A stretch of 63,373 nucleotides of DNA, counting the filler, from Reclinomonas americana ATCC 50394 (Eukaryota), in assembly GCA_048213135.1 (NCBI GenBank). It is 5 parts of 4 records of this genome, joined end to end, with 100 filler letters (N's around TTAATTAATTAA, not from the genome) between each part and the next. Parts side by side here need not be neighbours in the genome. Positions count along the whole stretch, not along the records: positions 26,034 to 32,951 come from PS015760.1; positions 33,052 to 56,832 come from PS015761.1; 3 more parts are not named here. The stretch is one strand, 5' to 3'. This document shows, one piece after another, positions 29,029 to 39,098 of this stretch. The translations under genes were made by a program, and so were the position numbers. Numbering within the stretch: the stretch's first letter is position 1; every line of letters starts with the position of its first letter. The notes beneath the pieces are model-generated. The model was not told the origin of the DNA, did not search any database, and worked only from the letters and a program-made list of their open reading frames with translations.

Positions 29029-30015
29029 TCAGAGCGGCTTTCTGATCGCCTTTGCCACGACGCCGACGAACCCTTCGCGGAAGGCGAGCACGCAGATGAC
29101 GAAAACGACGCCCTGGACGACGGTCACCCAGGCACCAAGGGAGGCGAGATAATTCTGCATCGCGACGATGACGAGTGCACCGGCGATCGGGCCGAACACG
29201 GTGCCCAAGCCGCCGACAAGCGTCATCAGCACAACTTCGCCCGACATCGACCAGTGCACGTCGGTGAGCGACGCCAGCTGAAAGACGATCGCCTTGGTAG
29301 CGCCGGCTAGGCCCGCCAGAGCAGCCGAAAGCACGAAGACCGTCAGCTTGTACCGATTGACGCGATAGCCGAGCGAGATTGCACGTGGTTCGTTGTCCCG
29401 GATCGCCTTGCAGACCTCGCCGAAGGGCGAGTGGATGATGCGATACATCGCAAGCAGACCCGCCATGAAGATGGCAGCGACGAGCCAATAGAGAGCCCGG
29501 TCGTCGGCAAGGTCGATCAGCCCGAACAGCCGACCGCGCGGCACGGCCTGGATGCCGTCCTCGCCGCCGGTGAAGCGTGGGGTCTGCAGGCAGAAGAAGA
29601 AGAGCATCTGCGCCAACGCCAGCGTGATCATGGTGAAGTAGATGCCTTGGCGGCGGATGGCGAGCGCGCCGAAGACAAGTCCGAGCGCCGCTGCGATCGC
29701 TGTGGCGGACAGGATCGCAAACTCCGGCGTCAGACCCCAGTTCTTGGCCGCGTACGCCGAGACATAGCTCGCCATCCCAAAAAACGCAGCGTGGCCGAAG
29801 GAGAGCAGGCCGCCGTAGCCGAGCAGGAGATTAAAGGCCAGTGCAAACAACGCGAAGCACAGGACCTTCATCACGAACACCGGATAGGCGACGAAGGGCG
29901 CGATCACGAGCACGAGCGCCAGGCCGATCAGGACATTGCGGTGCAACTGATCGGCACCGCGGTCGGTGCTGGCGATCGGGATGCCCGGGGTTTCGTCGGA
30001 GGCGATATCAGCCAT
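29029..30015 (-). CDS. livM: Branched-chain amino acid-type ABC permease (LivM-like)
   Basis: NLLLGYGGLLSFGHAAFFG, SPFGEVCKAIRDNE; multi-TM. Confidence 0.88.
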   Translation of the reverse strand: MADIASDETPGIPIASTDRGADQLHRNVLIGLALVLVIAPFVAYPVFVMKVLCFALFALAFNLLLGYGGLLSFGHAAFFGMASYVSAYAAKNWGLTPEFAILSATAIAAALGLVFGALAIRRQGIYFTMITLALAQMLFFFCLQTPRFTGGEDGIQAVPRGRLFGLIDLADDRALYWLVAAIFMAGLLAMYRIIHSPFGEVCKAIRDNEPRAISLGYRVNRYKLTVFVLSAALAGLAGATKAIVFQLASLTDVHWSMSGEVVLMTLVGGLGTVFGPIAGALVIVAMQNYLASLGAWVTVVQGVVFVICVLAFREGFVGVVAKAIRKPL

Positions 30016-30043
30016 TTCTATGGGACTTTCTCTTGGGGCTGTC

Positions 30044-30931
30044 TCAGGCGGTACGACCGAACAGGCCGGCGGGCTTCACCAGGAGCACCAGCACCATGAT
30101 GATGAAGATCACCGTGGCCGAGGCTTCCGGGTAGAACACCTTGGTCAGGCCTTCGACCAACCCGAGGGCGAAACCGGTCACGATCGCGCCCATGATCGAG
30201 CCCATGCCGCCGATCACCACGACGGCGAATACGACGATGATGAGGTCTGCGCCCATGTTCGGGTTGACCGAGTAGATCGGCGCCGCCAGCACGCCGGCGA
30301 AGGCAGCTAGCGCGACGCCGAAGCCATAGGTCAGCGTCACCAGGAGCGGCACGTTGACGCCGAAGGCTTGGGTCAGGGTGGGATTCTCGGTCGCGGCACG
30401 CAGATAGGCGCCGAGTTTCGTCTTCTCGATCATGAACCAGGTCGCGAGGCAGACGACGAGCGAGGCGACGACGACCCAGCCGCGGTAGTAGGGAAGGAAC
30501 ATGAAGCCGAGATTCTGTCCGCCGCGCAGCTCCGCCGGGATCTGGTAGGGCAGGCCGGACGAGCCGTACTGGTTACGGAACAGGCCCTGGATGATCAGCG
30601 CCAGTCCGAAGGTGAGCAGCAGGCCGTAAAGATGGTCGACATGTGCGATGCGCTTCAGCAGCAGCCGCTCCATAGCGATGCCGATCGCTCCGACGACCAG
30701 CGGCGCCAACAGAAGAGCCGCCCAATAGTTCAGGCCGAGATAGTTCAGCCCCATCCAGGCGACGAAGGCGCCCATCATGTACTGCGCGCCGTGGGCGAAA
30801 TTGATGACGTTCAGCAGCCCGAAGATCACCGCCAGCCCGAGGCTCAGGATCGCGTAGAAGGAGCCGTTGATCAAACCAAGCAGGACCTGGCCGAACAAGG
30901 CCTGCGGGGGGACGCCGATAAGCTCGAACAT
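30044..30931 (-). CDS. livH: Branched-chain amino acid-type ABC permease (LivH-like)
   Basis: GLAVIFGLLNVINFAHG, LRAATEN, VVVIGGMGS. Confidence 0.88.
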   Translation of the reverse strand: MFELIGVPPQALFGQVLLGLINGSFYAILSLGLAVIFGLLNVINFAHGAQYMMGAFVAWMGLNYLGLNYWAALLLAPLVVGAIGIAMERLLLKRIAHVDHLYGLLLTFGLALIIQGLFRNQYGSSGLPYQIPAELRGGQNLGFMFLPYYRGWVVVASLVVCLATWFMIEKTKLGAYLRAATENPTLTQAFGVNVPLLVTLTYGFGVALAAFAGVLAAPIYSVNPNMGADLIIVVFAVVVIGGMGSIMGAIVTGFALGLVEGLTKVFYPEASATVIFIIMVLVLLVKPAGLFGRTA

Positions 30932-31045
30932 GATGGACTTGCCTTGGTCGGTGTTTGGCCGTTCGGGGATGGGCGGTACCTGTGCACGGCTCCGGCGGGG
31001 TGACCGGGCAAGCACTTGCCTACCAGGCCATCCCCTGCGCCGGGC

Positions 31046-32260
31046 TCACTTCTTGATGAGCGGACAGTCGCCGGCGTCGAGCGGGCGAAAGGCCTGTTCG
31101 GCCGGCAGCACGGCGATCTGCTTGTAGTAGTCCCAGGGCCCCTTCGACTCCGCAGGCTTCTTGACCTCATAGAGATACATGTCGTGCATCTTGCGGCCGT
31201 CGGCGCGCACTGAGCCCTTGCCGAACAGCGGGTCGTCGGTCGGCAGTTCCTTCATCTTGGCGACAACGGAGGCGGAATCCTTGGTCTTCGTCGCCTCGAC
31301 CGCCTTGAGATAGTGGAGCAACCCGGAATAAACGCCGGCATGGACCATGGTCGGCTGCTTGCCGCCATTGAGCTTGGCGAAACGGGCCGACCAGGCCCGG
31401 GTCTGATCGTCCCTATCCCAATAGAAGGATTCGGTGAGGACGAGACCCTGAGCAGCCTGCAACCCGAGCGCATGGATGTCGCTGATGAAGACGAGCAGGC
31501 CCGCAAGCTTCTGGCCGCCCTGGGTGATGCCGAACTCGCTCGCCTGCTTGACCGAATTGGTGAGGTCGCCGCCTGCATTCGCAAGCCCGATGACTTTGGC
31601 CTTGGACGCTTGCGCCTGCAGGAGGAAGGAGGAGAAGTCGCTGCCTGGGAAGGGCGTGCGCACCGTGCCGAGTACCTTGCCGCCGGCCTTTTGCACGACC
31701 GCGGAAGTGTCGCGCTCCAGCGCATGCCCGAAGGCGTAGTCCGCCGTCAGGAAGAACCAGCTGTCTCCGCCCGCCTTGACCATCGCCCCCCCGGTGCCCT
31801 GTGCCAGCGCATAGGTGTCGTAGGTCCAGTGGATGGTGTTGGCGTTGCAAGCCTTGCCGGTCAGATCCGCGGTGCCGCCGCCTGAAACGATGAAGACCTT
31901 GTTCTTGTCCTTGGTCAGCTGGCTGACCGCCAACGACACCGAGGAGGTCGGTACGTCTAGGATCAGATCGACGCCGTCCTGATCGTACCATTGCCGCGCG
32001 ATGGTCGAGCCGACATCGGGCTTATTCTGATGGTCGGCTGAGACGATCTCGACCTTGATGCCCTTGTCGGCCGCCTTGAAGTCCTCGACCGCCATACGCG
32101 CGGCGATCACCGAGCCCTCGCCCGTGAGGTCGGCATAGACGCCGGATCGATCATTGAGCACGCCCGCCTTGATGGAGATCTGCTGCGCGAGTGCGGGGCT
32201 CGCCATCAGGCCAATCAGCGCCGTGGCCGCCAGGAATATCTTTCTTGAAAACATGTTCAT
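31046..32260 (-). CDS. ABC substrate-binding protein (Peripla_BP_6, LivK-like)
   Basis: Signal peptide; ADHQNKPDVG, HWTYDT, DFSSFLLQAQAS. Confidence 0.9.
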   Translation of the reverse strand: MNMFSRKIFLAATALIGLMASPALAQQISIKAGVLNDRSGVYADLTGEGSVIAARMAVEDFKAADKGIKVEIVSADHQNKPDVGSTIARQWYDQDGVDLILDVPTSSVSLAVSQLTKDKNKVFIVSGGGTADLTGKACNANTIHWTYDTYALAQGTGGAMVKAGGDSWFFLTADYAFGHALERDTSAVVQKAGGKVLGTVRTPFPGSDFSSFLLQAQASKAKVIGLANAGGDLTNSVKQASEFGITQGGQKLAGLLVFISDIHALGLQAAQGLVLTESFYWDRDDQTRAWSARFAKLNGGKQPTMVHAGVYSGLLHYLKAVEATKTKDSASVVAKMKELPTDDPLFGKGSVRADGRKMHDMYLYEVKKPAESKGPWDYYKQIAVLPAEQAFRPLDAGDCPLIKK

Positions 32261-32314
32261 TTCTCCCTGAAGCTGAAGACCGCCGCTTTGGACGCCGTTC
32301 TTGGTGGGCCGAGA

Positions 32315-32951
32315 TCAGACCCCGAGATAGCTGTGTAGCTTGTCGATGTTCCGATCGAGCTCGGCATTGGGGATCATGTCGATCACCTTGCCCTGTTCGA
32401 CGACGTAGTGACGATCTGCCACTGTCGCGGCGAAGCGGAAATTCTGTTCGACCAAGATGATGGTGTAGCCTTCCTGCTTGAGCTTGCGGATCGTCGCGCC
32501 GATCTGGTCGATGATGACCGGGGCGAGCCCCTCTGTCGGCTCGTCGAGCAGCAGGAAATGCGCTCCCGTGCGCAGGATGCGGCCGATCGCGAGCATCTGC
32601 TGCTCGCCGCCGGAGAGCTTGGTGCCCTGGCTGTGCAGCCGCTCCTTGAGATTGGGAAACAGCTGGAAGATCTGCTCGACGCTCAAGCCGCCGTCCCGAA
32701 TCCTGGGCGGCAACATCAGGTTCTCCTCGACGGAGAGCGAGGAGTAGATGCCGCGCTCTTCCGGTACGTACCCGATGCCAAGCCGGGCGATGGCGCGCGA
32801 AGGAAGCGCGATCGTTTCCTTGCCTTCGAAGATCGCCGAGCCGGTCCGCTTGCCGATCACGCCCATGATCGATTTGAGAGTCGTCGTCTTGCCGGCGCCG
32901 TTGCGGCCGAGCAGAGTCACGACCTCGCCGGGCGCGACGTCGAAGTCGATG
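32315..32951 (-). CDS. livF: ABC ATPase (LivF-like), 5' truncated by spacer
   Basis: GRNGAGKTT, LSGGEQQMLAI, LLLDEP. Confidence 0.9.
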
Positions 32952-33051
32952 NNNNNNNNNNNNNNNNNNNNNNNNNNNNNNNNNNNNNNNNNNNNTTAAT
33001 TAATTAANNNNNNNNNNNNNNNNNNNNNNNNNNNNNNNNNNNNNNNNNNNN
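32952..33051. other. Artificial scaffold spacer
   Basis: TTAATTAATTAA at 32996-33007. Confidence 0.97.
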
Positions 33052-33140
33052 TTCCTTCCGCGCTCCTTCCCGTTGCCGGCGTGCCTGATGGCTTCGTGGT
33101 GCCGGTCGATTTCCCACGACTAGTCGCTGAAACGCGTATC

Positions 33141-33162
33141 GTCAAATGGTTTGACCATTGAC
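33141..33162. promoter_or_regulatory. Putative FadR/GntR operator
   Basis: GTCAAATGGTTTGACCATTGAC near-palindrome about 80 bp upstream of the SBP gene; 23 nt identical to 37326-37348. Confidence 0.75.
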
Positions 33163-33242
33163 CGCATCGTGCTAGCGTCGTCGCAACAAAACCGGCCGGG
33201 CTTCGCTCCGAGTTCGGGGAAAACCAAAATGGGAGAGGAACG

Positions 33243-34463
33243 ATGACCATCGAGACTGGCCGCGCCTGGCCAACCTTATCGTCGGCCGCCATGTTGGCCG
33301 CAGGGTTCATTGCTGGCCCAACGGGGGCGTCGGCTCAGGAGCCATTCAAGATCGGATCGCTCAGCGACATGTCCGGCATCGTCGTCGATCTGTCCGGTCC
33401 GGGCACCGTCGTCGCCATGCAGCTGGCGGCCGAAGATTTCGGCGGGAAGGTGCTGGGCCGCCCGATCCAAATTCTCAGCGCCGACCATCTTAACAAGCCG
33501 GACGTCGGCATCGCTGCGGCGCGCAAATGGTATGACGAAGGGGTCAGCGCGATCTTCGACGTCGGGATCACTTCGGTCGCGCTCGGCGTGCAGCAGCTCA
33601 CGCGCGACAAGAACAAGATCGCGATCTATCTGAGTTCGGCTTCGAGCGACCTGACCGGCAAGGCCTGCAGTCCCTTCGGCGTCCACTGGACGTACAACAA
33701 CTACAGTCAGGCGCTGGGCGTCACGAAGTACTATCTCGATGCCGGAAAGAAGAACTGGTACTTCATGACGGTCGACTATGCCTATGGCCACAACGTCCAG
33801 CGCGATACGACCGGCATGGTCGAGGCGGGTCAGGGCAAAATCATAGGCTCGGCCCGGCATGCCTTCGACAACAAGGACTTTTCTTCGGACCTCTTGAAGG
33901 CCCAGGGGTCCGGCGCCAACGTGATCGCCCTCGCGACCACGACGGGGCATGTGGCGAGCATCGTCAAGCAGGCCGACGAGTTCGGCATTCGGCCGAAACA
34001 GGAAATGGCTGCCCTCAGCCTGACCCTTCACGACGTCAAGGGCATGGGGCTTCAGACGGCGCAGGGGCTGGTGGTGACTGCGCCCTTCTATTGGGATCAG
34101 AGCGAAGAGACACGCGCTTTCGCCCAGCGCTACAAGGCCCGCTTCGGCAAGATGCCGAACATGGTCCAGGCCAGCGCCTATGGCGCCGTGATGCACTACC
34201 TCAAAGCGGTCCAGGCTGTCGGCGCGGACGACACGGCCAAGGTTGCCGCCAAGATGAAGGACACGCCGATCAACGACTTCATGACCCGGAACGGACGCAT
34301 TCGGGAGGATGGCCGCGTAATCCGGGACATGTACGTCTTCCGGGTGAAGGCCCCATCGGCGTCGAAGAGCGAGTGGGATCTCTACGAGCTGGTCTCGACG
34401 ATCCCTGGCGAAGAGGCTTTCCAGAAGGCAGATGCCGCCGCCTGCCCGCTGGTCAAGGGCTGA
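33243..34463 (+). CDS. ABC substrate-binding protein (Peripla_BP_6)
   Basis: Signal peptide; ADHLNKPDVG, HWTYN, paralog of 31046 and 50053. Confidence 0.9.
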   Translation: MTIETGRAWPTLSSAAMLAAGFIAGPTGASAQEPFKIGSLSDMSGIVVDLSGPGTVVAMQLAAEDFGGKVLGRPIQILSADHLNKPDVGIAAARKWYDEGVSAIFDVGITSVALGVQQLTRDKNKIAIYLSSASSDLTGKACSPFGVHWTYNNYSQALGVTKYYLDAGKKNWYFMTVDYAYGHNVQRDTTGMVEAGQGKIIGSARHAFDNKDFSSDLLKAQGSGANVIALATTTGHVASIVKQADEFGIRPKQEMAALSLTLHDVKGMGLQTAQGLVVTAPFYWDQSEETRAFAQRYKARFGKMPNMVQASAYGAVMHYLKAVQAVGADDTAKVAAKMKDTPINDFMTRNGRIREDGRVIRDMYVFRVKAPSASKSEWDLYELVSTIPGEEAFQKADAAACPLVKG

Positions 34464-34503
34464 CGGTCGTGGATCCGGCCTCGATGCAAGATGGAGACAG
34501 TTG

Positions 34504-35523
34504 ATGACGAATCGGCAGTGGCTGCTGGCGTCCTATCCGCAAGGCCCGGCTTCGCTGGAGACCTGGACGCTGCAGGACGCGCCCATGCCCGAACCTGGTC
34601 CTGGGCAGATCCTGGTGCGTACGCGGTGGCTGTCGCTCGATCCCTACATGCGCGGCCGCATCAGCCCAGCGGGCAACTATACGAAAGGCGTCGGCGTCGG
34701 CGAGGTCATGCAGGGCGGGGGCGTCGGAGAAGTCGTCGCCTCTCGTCATCCCGACTGGAAGGCCGGGGATCTCGCCGAAGCCATGACCTTCGGCTGGCGT
34801 GAGTTCGCCGTGCTGACGCCGGACATGCCTGGCTCCGCGAAGGTCAATCGTGTCGATCCCGATCTGGCTCCGCCGCAGGCGACGCTGTCCTGGCTCGGCA
34901 TGACGGGGCTGACGGCTTACGTCGGGGTATTGGAGATCGGACGCCCACGCCCAGGCGATACCATGGTCGTCTCGGCGGCGTCGGGAGCGGTCGGGCAGAT
35001 CGCCGGTCAGATCGGCAAGCTCTGCGGCGCGCGAGTGATCGCCATCGCCGGTTCCGACGACAAGCTCGACTGGTGTCGGAAGATCGGATTCGACGAGACC
35101 ATCAATTACAAGACGACCAACGACCTCGCTGGGGCACTCGCCAGCTTGGCTCCGGGCGGCGTCAACGTCTTTTTCGACAACACCGGAGGCCCGATCCACG
35201 ACGCGGTGATGCGCAACCTCGCAGTCGCCGCGCGGGTGGTGATCTGCGGCCGGATCGCCCTCGCGGACAATTTCGAGCAGGACGACATCGGGTTGCGCGC
35301 CTCCTCGCGCCTGATCGTCACGCGCGCCATGGTCCAAGGCCTCGTCGTGTTCGATTGGTGGCACAAGCGCGATGAGGCCTTCGCCCGGTTGGCTGCCTGG
35401 CACCGCAGCGGGCAGCTGACGACGAGGGAGGACATCCTCGATGGTTTCGAGCGTGTGCCGGAAGCCTTCTTGCGGATGATGAGCGGACAGAACTTCGGCA
35501 AGCAATTGGTGAGACTTGCATAG
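34504..35523 (+). CDS. NADP-dependent oxidoreductase (MDR, prostaglandin reductase/CurA-like)
   Basis: LSLDPYMRGR, GMTGLTAY, VSAASGAVG, FFDNTGG, NFGKQLV. Confidence 0.9.
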   Translation: MTNRQWLLASYPQGPASLETWTLQDAPMPEPGPGQILVRTRWLSLDPYMRGRISPAGNYTKGVGVGEVMQGGGVGEVVASRHPDWKAGDLAEAMTFGWREFAVLTPDMPGSAKVNRVDPDLAPPQATLSWLGMTGLTAYVGVLEIGRPRPGDTMVVSAASGAVGQIAGQIGKLCGARVIAIAGSDDKLDWCRKIGFDETINYKTTNDLAGALASLAPGGVNVFFDNTGGPIHDAVMRNLAVAARVVICGRIALADNFEQDDIGLRASSRLIVTRAMVQGLVVFDWWHKRDEAFARLAAWHRSGQLTTREDILDGFERVPEAFLRMMSGQNFGKQLVRLA

Positions 35524-35554
35524 CGAATGCAATCGGCCGAACGCTTGCGCTTGA

Positions 35555-35569
35555 TTTGCTCGGACCATT
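35555..35569. promoter_or_regulatory. Degenerate operator copy upstream of the regulator (possible autoregulation)
   Basis: TTTGCTCGGACCATT versus consensus AATGGT-N3-ACCATT. Confidence 0.5.
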
Positions 35570-35609
35570 GGTTCAATGGGGACGAGCAGAGGCCAGCGCT
35601 GAGGAGACC

Positions 35610-36359
35610 ATGAGCGATACGGAACGCTCTTCCGAGCCCGTCGTCGGGCGGATTTCGGTACAAAAATCATACGAAGTGCTCGCGGATCGCTTGCGCGAAA
35701 CGATCCTCGCTGGGTCGTTGGCCGTAGGCTCGCGCCTGCCGACGGAGCGCGAGCTCGTCTCGCAGACCGGGCTGAGCCGTGGGTCGGTCCGCGAGGCCTT
35801 GCGCAAGCTGGAGGTCGAGGGTCTCGTCAAGACGCGGTTGGGGCGCCTGGGCGGCATCATCGTCAGCCGTCCGGGCAACGATGCGATGGCCCATTTCGTG
35901 AAGCAGTTCGTCAGGGGCCGGCGCCTGTCGTTGCGAACCTTGCAGGAGGCGCGCGAGACCCTTGAGCCGCATCTTGCACAGATGGCGGCAGAGCGGCGAA
36001 CGGCTGACGACCTCGCTGTTCTTCGCCAGCTCAATGCAGAATTGGAAGGAGCTCTCGGCGACGGGGAGCAGTTTGCCGCCGTCAATATCGACTGGCACAA
36101 CGCGATCGCTACCGCGGCGCGCAACGACCTGCTGTCTGCCTTCCTCTACTCGATTTCCTATGATGTCGCGGTTTCGACGATCAGAGCGGAATACGACACG
36201 CTTGAAACGCGGCAAGCCGTCGTCGACATCCATACGCGCATTCTTGCAGCAATCGAGGCCGGAGACGGCGCTGCAGCCTATCGCCGTATGCAGCGCCACA
36301 TGCAGGCGACACGAGCCAAGACCAAGGCCCACGAGGACGAGGACCTTCAGTCAGAATAG
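35610..36359 (+). CDS. GntR family regulator, FadR subfamily (FCD domain)
   Basis: LPTERELVSQTGLSRGSVREALRKLEVEGLV wHTH; FCD with WHNAIA..N and H..I..AI..GD; GAGGAG RBS. Confidence 0.92.
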   Translation: MSDTERSSEPVVGRISVQKSYEVLADRLRETILAGSLAVGSRLPTERELVSQTGLSRGSVREALRKLEVEGLVKTRLGRLGGIIVSRPGNDAMAHFVKQFVRGRRLSLRTLQEARETLEPHLAQMAAERRTADDLAVLRQLNAELEGALGDGEQFAAVNIDWHNAIATAARNDLLSAFLYSISYDVAVSTIRAEYDTLETRQAVVDIHTRILAAIEAGDGAAAYRRMQRHMQATRAKTKAHEDEDLQSE

Positions 36360-36360
36360 A

Positions 36361-36396
36361 CGGCCGGCCGCCTTGCTCTAAACAAGTCGCCGGCCG
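36361..36396. terminator. Hairpin between convergent genes
   Basis: CGGCCGGC...GCCGGCCG inverted repeat. Confidence 0.5.
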
Positions 36397-36412
36397 CTCG
36401 ACGACAATCCGC

Positions 36413-37279
36413 TTATTCGGCCGCCGCCACGATCCGGCGCGCGAGCTTGAGATGGGGAATGTCGTACATCTTGCCGTCGATGCCGATAGTCCCGATTCCC
36501 GGCTGAGCTTCGAAGGCGGCGACGACGCGCCTGGCCTGGGTGAGGTCGTCGGCCGAGGGCGAGAAGCAGCGGTTGATCGTCTCGACCTGATCGGGGTGGA
36601 TCGCGATCCTGCCGGTGAAGCCGTCCTGCTGCGATGCCCGGCAACTCTCCTCGAGACCCGCCGGGTTCTTGAAGTCGGCATAGAGCGTGTCGATGCGCGC
36701 GACATCTGCTGCGGACGCAGCGAAGAGGCACATCGAGCGGACGATGCGGTAGGTCTGCGTCCAGTCGCCGTCGCTCTGCTTGTTCGTGGCTGAGCCGATG
36801 ACCGCCCCGAGGTCTTCCGCGCCCCATGTCATCGCGGCCAGCCGCTCATGCGCCGGCGCGTAGCTGCCGAGATTGAACATGGCGGCGGGTGTTTCGGTCG
36901 CGACCACGATGATCTTGACGGCTCCCCGCGTCATGCCGCTGCGGGTCTCGAAGGCGTCCAGATAATGCCCGATCCGCTCGATATCGGCGGCGCCGTTCGC
37001 CTTGGGCACCATGATGCCGTCGAGGCCCGGCCTTACGACCGCCGACAGATCGTCGAGCGTCAGCCCCGTGTCGAGCGCGTTGACGCGGACCCACAGCGAC
37101 CATTCGCGCGACACCCCCGACGAGATCAGGTCGGCGAGCATGGTGCGGGCCAATGTCTTGCGATCGGGGGCAACTGAGTCCTCGAGGTCGAGGATCAGCG
37201 CGTCTGCGCCGCTATTCTGTGCCTTGGCGAATTTGCGTTCGCTGTCTGCCGGCACGAACAACATGGACCTTAGTTTCAT
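36413..37279 (-). CDS. CitE/HpcH-family CoA-ester lyase (citryl-/malyl-/citramalyl-CoA lyase-like)
   Basis: RSMLFVPAD, ILDLEDSV, WVRVN, WGAEDL, IAIHPDQV, IDGKMYDIPH. Confidence 0.9.
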   Translation of the reverse strand: MKLRSMLFVPADSERKFAKAQNSGADALILDLEDSVAPDRKTLARTMLADLISSGVSREWSLWVRVNALDTGLTLDDLSAVVRPGLDGIMVPKANGAADIERIGHYLDAFETRSGMTRGAVKIIVVATETPAAMFNLGSYAPAHERLAAMTWGAEDLGAVIGSATNKQSDGDWTQTYRIVRSMCLFAASAADVARIDTLYADFKNPAGLEESCRASQQDGFTGRIAIHPDQVETINRCFSPSADDLTQARRVVAAFEAQPGIGTIGIDGKMYDIPHLKLARRIVAAAE

Positions 37280-37328
37280 TGTTTCGCTCCCTTTGATGAT
37301 GGAGGACTAATGCCAATTGGGGGCAATC

Positions 37329-37348
37329 GTCAAATGGTTTGACCATTG
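37329..37348. promoter_or_regulatory. Putative FadR/GntR operator in divergent lyase/BVMO promoter
   Basis: GTCAAATGGTTTGACCATTG. Confidence 0.75.
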
Positions 37349-37411
37349 GGCGAAATCGACCTACCGTCTCCCGCAATGGCGCGAGAAGCGCAGTGAGAAC
37401 GGGAAACGGAC

Positions 37412-39067
37412 ATGGAGCAGCGGCAGCGCAAAGCGCGGTCTAGCGCCGAGATTTTGGACGTAGTCGTCGTGGGAGCCGGCTTCGCCGGCCTCTACATGCT
37501 GCACAAGCTCAGGACGCTGGGCTTCTCGGCGAAGGTTTTCGAAGCTGCCGACGATGTCGGCGGCACCTGGTACTGGAACCGGTATCCGGGAGCGCGCTGT
37601 GACGTCGAAAGCGTCCAGTACTCCTATTCCTTCGATGCAGCGTTGGAACAAGAATGGCGCTGGAGCGAGCGTTTCGCGACCCAGCCGGAAATCCTGCGCT
37701 ATATCAACCACGTCGCGGACCGCTTCGACCTGCGTCGTGACGTCGTCCTGAACGCGCGGATCGAGGCCGCAGAATTCGATGAGACATCGGCCCAATGGAC
37801 GCTGACGACGGCGGATGGCGTCGCAATCGAGGCCCGTTTCTGCGTCATGGCCACCGGTTGTCTGTCGGCGTCCCGCCTGCCGGCGATCGAGGGTCTTGAC
37901 CGCTTCACCGGCGAAGTCCTGCACACCGCCCTATGGCCGCGCGAACCGGTCGATTTTACTGGCAAGCGCGTCGGCGTCATCGGGACCGGATCGTCGGGCA
38001 TCCAGGCGATCCCGCTGATCGCGGCGGAGGCAAGCCACCTCACGGTCTTCCAGCGCACGCCGAACTTCAGCGTGCCGGCGCGCAACTGGGACATGACCGA
38101 CGATTATGAAAGGTCTTGGAAGGACGACTATCCCGCTTTGCGGAAGCGCGCGCGCGAAACGACCTGGTCCGGCACGCTCTACGAGTTCAGCGACAAGGGC
38201 GCGATGGAGGTCGACGAGGCCACGCGCCAGAGCGAGTACGAGCGGCGCTGGCAGAAGGGCGGCGCCAACTTCATGCACGCCTTCAACGATCTTCTGCTCA
38301 ACGAACCGTCCAACCGGACCGCTGCGGATTTCGTGCGCGGAAAGATCCGCCAGATCGTCCAGGATCCCAGGACTGCCGAGGCGCTGCTGCCGTTTGACCA
38401 CCCGCTGGCGGCCAAACGCATCTGCGTCGATACCGACTATTATGCGACCTACAACCGCGACAATGTCGATCTGGTCGATGTCCGCAGGGAGCCGATCGAG
38501 GCAATCACGCCCGAGGGGCTCCGTACCGGCGAGCGTGAGCATGTCTTCGACACGCTGGTCTTCGCGACCGGCTTCGACGCGATGACCGGGGCTTTGAACG
38601 CGATCGACATTCGCGGGCGGGAGGGCCATCGCCTTTCCGACGAATGGAGAGACGGGCCGAGAAGCTATCTCGGCCTGATGGTCGCGGGCTTTCCCAACCT
38701 GTTCACGGTAACCGGCCCGGGAAGCCCTTCCGTCCTCAGCAACATGATCGTCTCGATCGAGCAGCATGTCGACTGGATCTCGGAATGCCTCGGCCACCTC
38801 CGCGAGACGGGACTCGATCTGATCGAAGCCGAGACGACAGCGCAGACGGAATGGGGACAAGAGGTCAACGCTGCGGCCGAGCGCACGCTCTATCCTCGGG
38901 CTGGCTCCTGGTACATGGGCGCCAACATCCCGGGCAAGGCGCGAATGTTCATGCCCTATGTCGGAGGCTTGGGAAATTATCGCCGGATCTGCGCCGAGAT
39001 CGCGGCTGACGGGTACCGCGGGTTCCGCCTGCAAAGGATCCCAAGCGCGGCCGCAATGTCGGCTTGA
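37412..39067 (+). CDS. Type I Baeyer-Villiger monooxygenase (cyclohexanone/phenylacetone monooxygenase-like)
   Basis: GAGFAG, GGTWYWNRYPGARCD, FTGEVLHTALWP (FxGxxxHxxxWP fingerprint), GTGSSG, ATGFD. Confidence 0.93.
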   Translation: MEQRQRKARSSAEILDVVVVGAGFAGLYMLHKLRTLGFSAKVFEAADDVGGTWYWNRYPGARCDVESVQYSYSFDAALEQEWRWSERFATQPEILRYINHVADRFDLRRDVVLNARIEAAEFDETSAQWTLTTADGVAIEARFCVMATGCLSASRLPAIEGLDRFTGEVLHTALWPREPVDFTGKRVGVIGTGSSGIQAIPLIAAEASHLTVFQRTPNFSVPARNWDMTDDYERSWKDDYPALRKRARETTWSGTLYEFSDKGAMEVDEATRQSEYERRWQKGGANFMHAFNDLLLNEPSNRTAADFVRGKIRQIVQDPRTAEALLPFDHPLAAKRICVDTDYYATYNRDNVDLVDVRREPIEAITPEGLRTGEREHVFDTLVFATGFDAMTGALNAIDIRGREGHRLSDEWRDGPRSYLGLMVAGFPNLFTVTGPGSPSVLSNMIVSIEQHVDWISECLGHLRETGLDLIEAETTAQTEWGQEVNAAAERTLYPRAGSWYMGANIPGKARMFMPYVGGLGNYRRICAEIAADGYRGFRLQRIPSAAAMSA

Positions 39068-39098
39068 GGGCGAATCGCAGAAACGGGGAGGATCTAAA